Notes under the pieces: generated by a model | Databases searched by the model: none | What the model was told of the DNA's origin: nothing | The model's input: the letters and a program-made list of their open reading frames with translations, nothing else | In this document: piece after piece, positions 40,077 through 51,689 of the stretch | Numbering within the stretch: the stretch's first letter is position 1 | How the letters are laid out: each line of letters begins with the position of its first letter | Assembly (NCBI GenBank): GCA_030390025.1 | Contig: CM059452.1 | Span: 7,440,001 to 7,504,000 of the forward strand | Direction: 5' to 3' | Length of the DNA stretch: 64,000 bases | Origin: Squalus acanthias | Lineage: Eukaryota | Made by a program: the position numbers and the translations under genes

Positions 40077-43000
40077 GTGGAATTTGGGGTTTTCGTTATT
40101 TGGGGCCTAACAGCGTTGTTATTTGGTTGGTTAATTTATTTCTACATCTGTGTCTGTCTGTCCATTCCACTATTTACACAACTGTCTTCAATTCATCGAG
40201 CTCGAGGTCTATCCACCTATCTGTTAACGTATCTGTCTGTTTTTGTGTGTGTCTCTCTCTGACTGTCTCTCTCTCTCGCTCTCTGGCCATTTGTCTGTCT
40301 GTCTATCTGCCTGCCTGCCTGCCTGCTTTTCTGTTTGTCCCTCTCATGTCTGTCTGCCTCTCTGCCTCGCTGTCTGTCAGTTTCTATGTCTATCTATCTG
40401 TTAATACACCTGTCTATCTATATCTAGCCATTAATCTGTTACTTTCTCTTTCTGTCTCTTTGTCTCTCTGTGTACACACAGAGAGATAGACAAATATATT
40501 CTCAAAGAAAGAGGAACATGTGATCTGTTATCAATCTGTTTCCATGGGTAACCTGGAATGTTCTCTGCAGGACTGAGGTCTGGAGATTCCGCCGAGCAGT
40601 GGCGAAGCAAAGCCCAATATCTGGAAGGAACCTCGATGAGCATTAATTGTAACTATTCAACCTATGAACACAGCTATTATCTCGAGCTTTATCGTCAAAA
40701 CCAGAATAAGGCTCCGACTCTGATAATTCGAGTACATTCTTTTGGAAAGGAAGTAGTTAACGGACGTTTCTGTGTCATTCTGGAAAAGTTGAAAGCTGTC
40801 GCTGAGTGCAGATCGGAACAGAGTGTTAAACTACGAGTTTGGTGAGTGAGGGAGTAAATCTTAAAGGTTAATCTCTTATTGTTATAAATTCTAGTCTTGT
40901 GTGCTTGCAATTAGCATTTAAATTTACTGTTTCAAGTTTTATGTTTCTTCCAGGCTTGGGCAGGGCGAAGCAAGCTCTGTGCTGGAGAGCAGGTGAGAGT
41001 AATTAATTAATTAAGAGGTCTAATCTGGTTCTGTAACTGCCAGAGAGCTCACTTATTTAAATCTCAGCAGTATAAACAAGGGAGGCTAGAGTGCAGTTTG
41101 TCACGTAGTGCAGATCGGAACAGAGTGTTAAACTGCGAGTTTGTTGAGTGAGGGAGTGCGGGGAGGGAGGTGTTCCTTTCTTTTTCAATCTTTGTTAACT
41201 TCCAGGAGAGCAGGAGCTAAAAAGCTGCACAAGAGGGGACAGAGAACCAGCGGTGAGTACTCTACAGTATCTCTACATTCTAGTCATTAAAGTAAAAGTA
41301 AGGTCTCTAGTTTGGAGTAAGTAGTGTTTAAAGGGAAGTAAGGTCCCTAGTGTATTTAATATTCTTTAATTTAAAGGGAGTAAATTAAGGGTAGGACATG
41401 GCAGGGCAGCTCGGCAACGTGGAGTGCTCCTCCTGTGCTATGTTGGAAATCAGGGACACTTTAGGTGCCCAGAGCGAACACATGTGCAGGAAGTGTCTCC
41501 AGCTGCAGCTACTCGAAATCCGCGTTTCGGAGCTGGAGCTGCGGCTGGAGTCACTGTGGAGCATCCACGAAGCTGAGATCTTCGTGGATAGCACGTTTAA
41601 CAAGGTGGTCACACCGCAGGTAAAGAGTGCACAGGCAGACAGGGAATGGGTGACCACCAGACAGAGTAAAAGAACTAGGAAGGTAGTGCAGAAGTCCCCT
41701 GGTCCGTCTACCTCTCCGACAGATTTTCCGTTTTGGATACTGATGGGGGAGAGGGTTTCTCAGGGGAATGCAGCAAGAGCCAAGTCCGTGGCACTACGAG
41801 TGGCTCAGCTGCACAGGAGGGGATGAAAAAGAGTGGGAGAGCAATAGTGATAGTGGATTCGATCGTAAGGGGAACAGATAGACGTTTCTGTGGCCCGCAG
41901 ACGTGACTCCAGGATGGGATGTTGCCTCCCTGGTGCCAGGGTCAAGGATGTCACTGAACGGCTGCAGGGCATTCTGAAGGGGGAGGGCGAACAGTCAGAG
42001 GTCGTGGTTCACATTGGTACCAACGACATGGGTAGAAAGAGGGATGAGGTCCTGCAACAAGAATTTAGGGAGCTAGGTAGCAGATTAAAAAGCAGGTCCT
42101 CAAAGGTTGTAATCTCTGGATTACTCCCGGTGCCACGTGCTAGTGAGTATAGGAATAGAAGGATAGAGCAGATGAATGCGTGGCTAAAGAGTTGGTGCAG
42201 GAGGGAGGGCTTTAGTTTCCTGGATCACTGGGTCTGCTTCTGGGGAAGGCGGGACCTGTACAAGTTGGACGGGTTGCACCTGAACCGGAACGGGACCAAC
42301 ATCCTTGCGGGGAGGTTTGCTAGTACTGTTGGGCGGGGGTTAAACTAACTTGGCAGGGGGATGGGATACGGAGTGGAGCTATAGTAGGGGGTGATGCACA
42401 GCCAAATATAGAGCAAAAAACAAGTCAGCCTGGAAGGCAGAGTAAATATGTAACGGCACAAGGGAGTATGGCAAGGCTGGATGGCATTTATTTTAATGCA
42501 AGGAGTCTTGCGAGTAAGGCAGATGAATTGAAGGTGTTGATGAACACGTGGGAGTATGATATTGTTGCTATCACAGAGACATGGTTGAGGGAGGTGCAGA
42601 ACTGGCAGCTCAATATTCCGGGGTATAGAATCTTCAGGCGAGACAGAGGGGGGTGTAAAAGAGGAGGGGGTGTCGCAATATTAATCAAGGAGTCAATTAC
42701 TGCTGTAAGGAGGGATGATATCTTAGCAGGTTCCTCTAATGAGGCCATATGGGTAGAACTTAAAAACAAAAAGGGGACAAGCACTTTGCTGGGAGTGTAC
42801 TATAGGCCCCCAAACAGTCAGGGGGAGAGAGAGAGGAACAGATATGTAGGCAAATCTCAGAGATGTGTAGAAATAATAGGGTAATAATAGTAGGGGATTT
42901 CAACTTCCCCAATATTAACTGGAATTGTCAGAATGTGAAAGGCTTAGAGGGCGCGGAATTCTTAAAGTGCATCCAGGAGAGCTTTTTGAGCCAGCATGTA

Positions 43001-45454
43001 GAAAGTCCTACAAGAGAGGGGGCGGTACTGGACCTAATTCTTGGGAATGTAGCCGGGCAAGTGGAAGAAGTGTTAGTAGGAGAGCATTTTGGTGACAGTG
43101 ACCTTAACTCGGTGAGATTTAAGGTAGTCATGGAAAAGGACAAAGATGGACCGGAGATAAAGGTTCGAATATGGGGGAAGGCCGATTTTAATATGATAAG
43201 GCAGGATCTGGCCAAAGTGGACTGGAATCAGCTACTTGTAGGAACATCCACATCAGAGCAGTGGGAGTCTTTCAGAAAGGAAATAGAGAGAGTACAACGG
43301 CAGCATGTTCCCGTAAAGGTCAAGGGTGGGACCAACAAGCCCAGGGAACCCTGGATGTCAAGGGATATACGAGAATGGATTCGAAAAAAAGGGAGCCTTT
43401 TGGCAGATACAAAGGACTAAAAACAGTGGAAGCCCTAGAGGAGTATAGAAAGTGCAGGGGGGTACTTAAAAAAGAAATTAGGAGAGCGAAGAGGGGGCAT
43501 GAAATAACACTGGTGGGCAAAATAAAGGAAAATCCCAAGGTGTTTTATAAGTATATTAAGGGCAAGAGGATAACCAGGGAAAGAGTAGGGCCCATTAGGG
43601 ACCAAAGTGGCAATCTGTGTGTAGAGCCGGAAGATGTAGGTGGGGTTTTAAACGAATATTTTGCATCTGTGCTCACTATGGAGAAGGACGATGTAGGCAT
43701 AGAAATCAGGCAGGGGGATTGTGATATACGTGAACAAATTAGTATTGAGAAGGTACTAGCGGTTTTAGCAGGCTTAAAAGTGGATAAATCCCCAGGCCCA
43801 GACGAGATGTATCCCAGGCTGCAGTGTGAGGCAACGGAGGAGATTGCAGGGGCTCTGACACAAATTTTCAGAACCTCCCTGGCCACTGGGGAGGTGCCAG
43901 AGGACTGGAGGACAGCTAACGTAGTACCATTATTCAAGAAGTGTAGTAGGGATAAACCAGGGAATTACAGGCCAGTGAGCCTAACATCAGTGGTAGGGAA
44001 ATTGTTGGAAAAAATTCTGAGGGACAGAATTAGTCTCCACCTCGAGAGGCAAGGATCAATCAAGGATAGTCAGCATGGCTTTGTCAGGGGGAGATCATGT
44101 CTGACCAATTTGATTGAATTTTTTGAGGGGGTGGCTAGATGTGTGGATGAAGGTAGTGCAGTTGATGTGGTCTACATGGACTTCAGTAAGGCTTTTGACA
44201 AAGTCCCACATGGGAAACTGGTCAAGAAGGTAAAAGCCCATGGGATCCAGGGCAACTTGGCACATTGGATCCAAAATTGGCTTAGTGGCAGGAGGCAGAG
44301 GGTGATGGTCGAAGGTTGTTTTTGTGACTGGAAGCCTGTGTCCAGTGGTGTACCGCAGGGATCGGTGCTGGGTCCTTTGCTGTTTGTAGTGTACATTAAT
44401 GATTTAGATATGAATGTAGGACGTATGATCAGTAAGTTCGCAGATGACACGAAAATTGGTGGAGTGGTAAATAGCGAGGAGGGAATCCTTAGGCTACAGG
44501 ACGATATAGACGGGTTGGTTAGATGGGCAGAACAGTGGCAAATGGAATTTAACCCTGAAAAGTGAGGTCATACATTTTGGGAGGACTAACAAGGCAAGGG
44601 AATACACAATGAATGGTAGGACCCTAGGAAGGACAGAGGATCAGAGGGACCTTGGTGTACATGTACATAGATCCCTGAAGGCAGCAGGACAGGTAGATAA
44701 GGTGGTTAAAAAGGCATATGGGATACTTGCCTTCATTAGCCGAGCCATGGAATATAAGAGCGGGGAGGTTATGATGGAGCTGTACAAAACGCTAGTTAGG
44801 CCACAGCTGGAATACTGTGTGCAGTTCTGATCGCCACACTATAGGAAGGATGTGATTGCATTGGAGAGGGTGCAGAGGAGATTCACCAGGATATTACCTG
44901 GGCTGCAGCGCTTCAGCTATGAAGAGAGACTGGACAGGCTGGGGTTGTTTTCCTCAGAGCAGAGAAGGCTGAGGGGGGACCTGATTGAGGTGTACAAAAT
45001 TATGAGGGGCATATATACGGTAGTTAGAAAGGAACATTTCCCCTTAGTAGAGGGGTCAATAACCAGGGGGCATAGTTTCAAGCTAAGGGGCAGGAGGTTT
45101 AGAGGGGATTTGAGGAAAAACTTTTTCACCCAGAGGGTGGTTGGAATCTGGAACTCACTGCCTGAAAGGGTGGTAGAGGCAGGATCCCTCACAACATTCA
45201 AGAAGCATTTAGATGAGCACTTGAAACGCCATAGCATACAAGGCTACGGACCAAGTGCTGGAAAATGGGATTAAAATAGACAGGGCTGGATGGCCGGCGC
45301 GGACACGATGGGCCGAAGGGCCTCTTTCTGTGCTGTATAACTCTATGACTCTATGACTCACCCTGACTGAGCTGTAGCTCGCTGACAGCGCCGTGTACTA
45401 CTGTGTACTGAGGCCCGCAGTGAGAAGAGCCTCTGCTCACCTCGTACAGAAACC
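40077..45454 (+). pseudogene. TCR alpha/delta V pseudogene E, split by a CR1 LINE
   Basis: Leader-like (GTG)EFGVFVIWGLTALLF at 40077-40125. V 5' part 40571-40805 (GDSAEQ..INCNYST..LYRQ). V 3' part 45357-45415 (LTLTEL*LADSAVYYCVLR). RSS is CGCAGTG-23-ACAGAAACC at 45416-45454. Confidence 0.85.
40806..45358 (+). mobile_element. Full-length CR1-clade LINE (5'UTR with tandem monomer, ORF1 zinc-knuckle/SGNH esterase, ORF2 APE+RT); frameshifted
   Basis: ORF1: CSSC..CRKC, LPGARVKDV, VHIGTND, DGLHLN. ORF2: AITETWL, GDFN, NYRPVSLTS, MDFSKAFDKV, GVPQGSVLGP, KFADD. Ends in an (ACTCTATG)n tail. Confidence 0.95.
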
Positions 45455-46146
45455 GTGTTCTGTGAGATCAGCTTGAAGAAGCTACTTTAAACCCGGCCAC
45501 CAGGTAGCGCTGATAGAGCGCGGATTTGCACCGCCGGGCACCTTACATCAACCAATACTGACTGACACTTCCTCAAGATAAATTAACGTGAAATTCCGTT
45601 TTATTTAATATTTCTGCTCATTAATGTTATGCAATTCCTTACAGTATAATACATTCAAAAGTTAGTGAAGTGTTAACGATCTATTCGCCTGCAGATCCTT
45701 GGGATCTGTTGCCGTTTTGTTTCATTTCCCACCGCTAGTTTCAGCCTGTGGTTTTAACCCACTTCACTGATGAAGATTTCGTTAACTATTGAATAATAAA
45801 ATAATCCTACAATTCCTGTCACGAGTCTACTTGCCCCGAATTTGTAACGAATGTGAAAGTAACGCAGCCCTTATCGAGAGGCATAGTTCTATCATTTCCG
45901 AAGGGGACATTATTATTGAATTCAGTTCCTCACAGGTGGATCCCACGTGTGACAACATTGCCCCGGCAGCCCCGCCCACAACTTCGGTTTGCTGCTCTCG
46001 CTCTGACCCGCCTTGCCTACTCTGTGTTATTGGAGAGATTGCTGCCGCTGTTCCCTGTTTGGCATTGGTTGGATCAGCAGTGCAGTGGGGCGGGGATCTG
46101 TATTTCTGCTCCGACAGAGGATTTCCCGGACTGCAGAGTTACAGAC

Positions 46147-46654
46147 ATCTTGCGAAACCGACTCGCACCGCTCCTCATCATTATATCACTTCTCAGTAAG
46201 TCTTTCCTTCCCAGTGAAAACCCTTCTCCCCCGACTGCTGTAACTCAGATGTTATTATTGAAAAAATGATGTTGATGATGATGGTGACAATTGCTATTAT
46301 TTTATTTTAGGATGGAGCCAGTAAGACACAGTGGAACAGCCGGTCCCTGAAATTACAGTTGAAGAGGAAAGTAATGTCACTCTAACCTGCACCTTAAAAA
46401 CAAGCTGCCCTAACCCTGTTGTGTTCTGGTACATTCAGCACCCCGGGCAGCCTCCACAGTATGTGGTTTATATTATTGCAGAAATAGTAAACGGGAACCC
46501 CGACTTCACTGACAGACTCTCTTCTACGTTTAATAAAATTACCAAGATTACCGAGCTAACGATCGGCAAAGCCCTGATCTCCGACACCGCCTTGTATTTC
46601 TGTTCCATGGAGTCGACACTGCTGCAGAGATACAGCGAATCCCGGACAAATCAC
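46147..46654 (+). pseudogene. TCR alpha/delta V pseudogene F
   Basis: Leader-like stretch (no ATG) RNRLAPLLIIISLL ends at donor 46196. V exon starts at 46311 with an in-frame TAA (46322-46324), then DTVEQ...LTCTLKTSCPNPVVFWYIQHPG...DTALYFC. Degenerate RSS GACACTG. Confidence 0.82.
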
Positions 46655-47829
46655 ACACTGAGAGTTCCAGTTAACACTCACCAGAGGGCGCTCTCACCCC
46701 GATAAACAGAAGCGACAATTCAGCCTCCACAGTGAGAGTCACAGGAACCTTCTTAAAAGGACAACAAAACAAAACACTCAACAATTGGTGAGGTCCACTG
46801 GCGCAATGATATTGCCTGGTGATTATTTACACCCATTTATAATTTAAAAATAACTTCACAAATCCAATCTGGCGCCTTACCTCCCCTTTTGTCTTTCGAT
46901 GCCCTTTCCTTGCCTGCCTGTCCCTTCTCATATCTTGTCTCTACTCTTCACTCATAATCCTGTGAGCTTCCGCCTTCCAGTCTTTAGTTTAACGATGTAA
47001 AACCTTTGCTGCTTCTCTATACATTTATTCAGCAGCACCAACCCAGCTTCCCAAAAACAGGAACTGCAGACAGGGCAGTGAATAAAAACAGGATTTCTCA
47101 CCCTGTCCACCGACATCTGAACAGTTCTCAGAATATCCATAGAGGGCGTCAGGTCTCAATATTCCTTTTGTGGATCAGACCAAGGGGCTTTGAGTTAAAT
47201 GCTGATTCTCCAATAGTTGTGCAAATGCTGGAATGAATTCAAAATTAATATTTGAAATCCACTTGCCACAATGGGCTGGGTCTGTACGTCGGGCAATAAT
47301 CATCACAAAAAGACACCCATCATATCAAAGGATTGATTTCTGGTACTAACCAGTGGGCAGCACCAGTGAGTGGAAGGGTGTGGAAGATGGGGAAAGGAAT
47401 ATTAAAATGTGAATGCAAGGCACAACCTGAGAACTGATTTCTGAATCCATTAACTGTACTGATGACGGAGATCGATGTTAAAGGGGTGAAAAACAAACTG
47501 AAACCGCCTGTATTGCGTTTCATTTTCTGCGCCACATCCTTTTCTGATATGAGTGAAAGTTGTAAGGAGTGTTTCACGCCCTGCTGGTGTTGAGCTCTTG
47601 TTATCGAGGACCCGCCCTACACCTCATCCTGGGGGCTTTGAACCCGCTCCCCCGCTCTGCTCCCGGGCACTTTAAGCAGATGAGCGGTAAATTACTGAAA
47701 GGCGCGGATGCGCAACTGCCTCCATTCTCTCTTATTGCAAATCCAAAATCTGAAGATTATGGATCCCTAAATGAATCATTACAGATCACACTCATCACCA
47801 CACCTAAGCAGGTCACACTGACCAGATAA

Positions 47830-48190
47830 AAAGAAAGTAAGCATTTATATAGCGCATTTCACGTCCCACAGTGCTTTAGCTCCAATGAAGTACTTTTGGA
47901 GTGTAGTCACTGTTGTAATGTCGGATGCGTGGCAAACAATTGCGCACAGCAAGCTCCCACAAACGGCATTGTGATAATGACCAGATATGCTGTTTCAGTG
48001 ATGTTGATTGATGGATAAGTATTTGCCAAGACACCGGGGATAACTCCCCTGCTCTTCTTCGAAATAGTGTCATGAGATATTTTATATCAACTTGAGAGAT
48101 CAGACTGGGCCTCGGTTTAACGTCTCATCCAAAAGCCCGCACCTCCGACAGTGCAGCACTCCCTCAGTACTGCACTGGAGTGGCAGCCTA
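47830..48190 (-). mobile_element. SINE-like element
   Basis: GCATTTATATAGCGC...GGGCCTCGGTTTAACGTCTCATCC...GACAGTGCAGCACTCCCTCAGTACTGCACT. A related opposite-strand copy lies at ~49320-49510. Confidence 0.6.
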
Positions 48191-49877
48191 GACTTGATCC
48201 CACAACCTTCTGACTCACTGGCGCGAGTACCAGCACTGAGCCACACAAGACACAAGATAACAAGATGATATTTTTCACACTCAGTACCATTCTAAAAGTA
48301 GGAATTTTTAACAATTGATATTTGCATCAACTGATGCTTACAGCGTAACTGCGGCATTGTAGTGTTTCAGCACAGCTCCCACAATATCACCGTTTTGATG
48401 TTAATTATGGTTCTCTACAAGGATTTAATGGAATGTACTGTGAGACTACACATCAAGATCAATATCTTCAAAATTAGCAGCAAATCCAGTTCTCAAAGTA
48501 ATCATTGCTCTGCGTGGGCCATCTTCAGTGCCCCATACATTATGGCAAGTCCCATGACACAGTTCAGTGCTCTGAGCAAAAGGTGGCTATAAGGTATTAA
48601 CTTTTCGGTTCAGTTCCATGCTGAACTGTGAATCGGTGGGCAGGCAAAGGTTATTTAAAATGTCAGATGGGCAGCTGTATTGCGTGGGGCTGAAAAAAGG
48701 CCAATTTATGATTCTACAGGTCTTTAGGACCCTGCGGCAGCCCATCCGGCGGTGCTGAGCTCACGATTCAAGGCTCTGTCCAACACGGCCATCTTTGTGT
48801 GACGTACAGTCGGCCATGTTTCTGTGACGCATTGTGTGACGTACAGTGCATCTGCGGCCCTTAACTCGCCTTTTGTCCTTTGATGTCCTTTCCGTGCCTG
48901 CCTTCAATATTGTGCGGCCCTTTGCACATCTCCCCTGTTAGTGTCCCGGACCCTTTGATCGCGGCCTGTACAATGGTTTATTTGATCAGAGTATGTTGCT
49001 GGGTCAGAGGCAGTTTATACAAAATGAATAGATTTCACAATGTAGTGACTGTGCTCTTTAAAACAAGCCCCAAGCACAAAGTTCCTGCAATGTCGATTTG
49101 CCTTCCGAGTAACGCTTCATTCTCTGTCACTGCACCTGGAAACTCTGAATATTAGAGACCTTGAAATCAATCATTAGTTAATTGAAACATCTTTTAATTG
49201 GAAACCATAGAAGGGGGCGGTGCAGGAAGTATTTGTTTAAATTACAGAGAGATTTAATCTTTGTGTACAATATCTATATCTGCCTGTATATTGAAAATGG
49301 CCCTGGACTGTCTCATGTTATAATCTGACACTCAGTTGCTGGACTGAGGGAGTGCTGCAGGGTCGGTGGAGCCGTCCTTCGATCAGACGTTTAACCGAGG
49401 TCTCCAGCCCGTTCAGCAGGATGTTAAAGAATCCCCGGCACTATTGGAATAAGAGCGGGGGATTCTGCCGGTGTCCTGGGCCCACATTCCACCCTCAATA
49501 AACACCACACAATAAAACACATGAACCGACCTCCCAGCTTATTACTGTGGGGCAAAGGCGGGCGGCAGTCTCTGCTGACAGAACAACTTCACCCTGTATA
49601 TCAGACTAATGTGGGAGGGGCTTTCACATCGGGTTCAGAGACCCAATGAAGCCCCAGAAAACTGCAATTTCATTATTTAAACCTGTCGCGTATTCACACA
49701 ACTCACAGCCAGAGATCCGGGAACCGTGAGGCCCATCAATGTTCACCGGGGCACCGCCCTGTGCTAATTACCTCGATCCAATAAAGTCCAGCTTTGAGGT
49801 ACAGTCCCCCAGAACAGTCCAGGGCTGCAGTCTCCAGCTCCCCGTCATATAAACCATCAGCTCCAGGCAGCAGAACG

Positions 49878-49920
49878 ATGGGAATCCTCCTTGTTTTCAC
49901 CCTGTGTGTCTGTTTACCCC
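49878..49920 (+). CDS. NAR-TCR V leader exon (MGILLVFTLCVCLP)
   Basis: TATAAA at ~49849, ATG, hydrophobic leader, phase-1 donor GTGAGT. Confidence 0.88.
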
Positions 49921-50066
49921 GTGAGTACCGTTCAAACAAACCGACATTGTGTGGATTTAATATAAAGCTGCCCGGGTCCATCAAATTGCAGACACAGTCT
50001 GGATTTTAGCCCCGTTGTGTGGTTCGGCTCTGATGGCCAATTAAACTCTCTTTGTTTAATTTCCAG

Positions 50067-50357
50067 GCTCTTTCAGTAATTCAGTGACACAGACCCCGCC
50101 AGCGGTGACCAGGAAGGAGTGTCAGTCCCTCACCATCACCTGTGTTTTCTATGGTGGTTATTCTTTACGCAATGGACATTTCTTCAGACAAACCCAGACC
50201 GGGACAGAGTGGGAGCGGATCTGGAGCGGAGGGCAATTTTTTGTGAGGACGGATACGGCAGAAAATAAATTTTGGCTGGAAATTCGGGATGTGCGAGTTG
50301 AAGACAGCGCCACCTATTACTGTAAAGCTGGGTACACAGACCAATTTACTGGATCCT
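50067..50357 (+). CDS. NAR-TCR V domain, apparently joined to D
   Basis: VTQTPPAVTRKECQSLTITC...FFRQTQTGTEWERI..GGQF...EIRDVRVEDSATYYCKA then GYTDQFTGS. Short VNAR-like domain lacking CDR2, with an extra FR1 Cys. Confidence 0.88.
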
Positions 50358-50385
50358 CACAGTGGATAAGACCTGAGCAAATTCC
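50358..50385 (+). promoter_or_regulatory. 12-RSS after NAR-TCR V(D)
   Basis: CACAGTG, GATAAGACCTGA (12 nt), GCAAATTCC. Confidence 0.75.
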
Positions 50386-50702
50386 TGTGTACAATGAAAA
50401 TATAAAATTCCCCGGGCCCGGAACCTGAATTGTAGGTTTGATCTTATTATCGCTGTAATCTAGTTTAATTTCATTGTAATTTCCTGCTTTCAGTTATCTT
50501 TCTTTGCAATTTTCTCCATTTATATGAAGCGCCCATCTCTGGCCCGTGTTCCTGGGCCATTTTACTGAGAGCTCAGATTCTCACAAACAACAGTTTGAAC
50601 CGACGGGGACTGTGGAACACGGAATATTGTTTATTGATCCCTGGAATAATTGGGCAGCGCCGACTGTCTGGTGATGTGTGTCCGGCAGATTGAGGTGTCG
50701 GT

Positions 50703-50789
50703 GGTTCTTGTACCGGGGTGACCGAGAGCGGTGTCACTGTGGTTATTATTATGTGGATGGATCCGGGACGGTGGTGACTGTCACAGCCG
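50703..50789 (+). CDS. NAR-TCR J segment (coding 50742-50789, YYYVDGSGTVVTVTA) with 23-RSS
   Basis: GGTTCTTGT-23-CACTGTG, DGxGT motif, phase-1 donor GTAAGT. Confidence 0.9.
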
Positions 50790-51287
50790 GTAAGTGACTC
50801 CAAACCCCGCCGTGTGACAGACTGTCCCGGTTAATGTTCACCGTCAGTTTATTATTGTGATCAGTATCACCTCCATCTCTTCAAAATAAAACAGAGCGTT
50901 TTTTTAAGGGTGGGGGGAGTTCATTGCGGTTTTAGATTGGGGAGCAGAATATGAACCGGCTGTCGACTACCTGTGTGAGTCCGGAGAGAGGAGGTGTCAG
51001 AACCCATTCGAGAGGGTCTGACCCCATCTGGAGCATCATTCGTTTAACTGGTACCTCGTGGATCCCATGAGGTGCCCGGACTCTCTCTCACTCTGATCCC
51101 CAGTTGGTTTAAATGAGCGCAGATTGTCGACACTCCGGCCTCCATTCTCGGTGTTAACTGTGACTGAGGGAGCTCAGTCTGTCCCTGTGAGCAGGGCAGG
51201 GGGTCACAGAGCTCTGTCCTGGGTAGGAGATTGCAGTCCGAGCCGGGCAGTGTGAATGAGCTACCGGGAGAGTGAACCCAACACTAC

Positions 51288-51445
51288 AGCGGCCTCCGAT
51301 ACCTGCAGCGGCCTGTCCGAAACCTGCCGTTCGATACCTGCAGCGGCCTGTCCGATACCTGCCGTCCCATACCTGCAGCGGCCCCTCCGATACCTGCAGC
51401 GACCCGTCCGATACCTGCAGCGGCCGGTCCGATATCTGCAGCGGC
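51288..51445. repeat. ~21-bp GC-rich tandem repeat (~7 copies)
   Basis: CCGATACCTGCAGCGGCCTGT units. Confidence 0.85.
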
Positions 51446-51689
51446 AGAAAATCTGGAGCCCAACACGGGGGGCTTCAGATACAAGAGTTCCGCCTGTAGG
51501 TCTAGATGGCATTTCATTATTGAACATTCAGTGACTGAAATTAGTTGTACTGTGTCTGACATTTATTGGAATTGCTTTTATATAAACAATCATTTTTCCT
51601 CCACGGTTCTCGTCCAAGTCGAAATGTAAAAGCTTCGAACTAAAGATACTTTTCTATATTATTTATATTGTTATATATTTTCTAATCAT

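Noticed and set aside
50335-50373. Alternative 23-RSS for the NAR V (CACAGAC-23-GATAAGACC)
   Set aside because: Poorer heptamer and nonamer (5/9) than the overlapping 12-RSS, and it would leave no D to bridge to the 23-RSS J. Not fully excluded.
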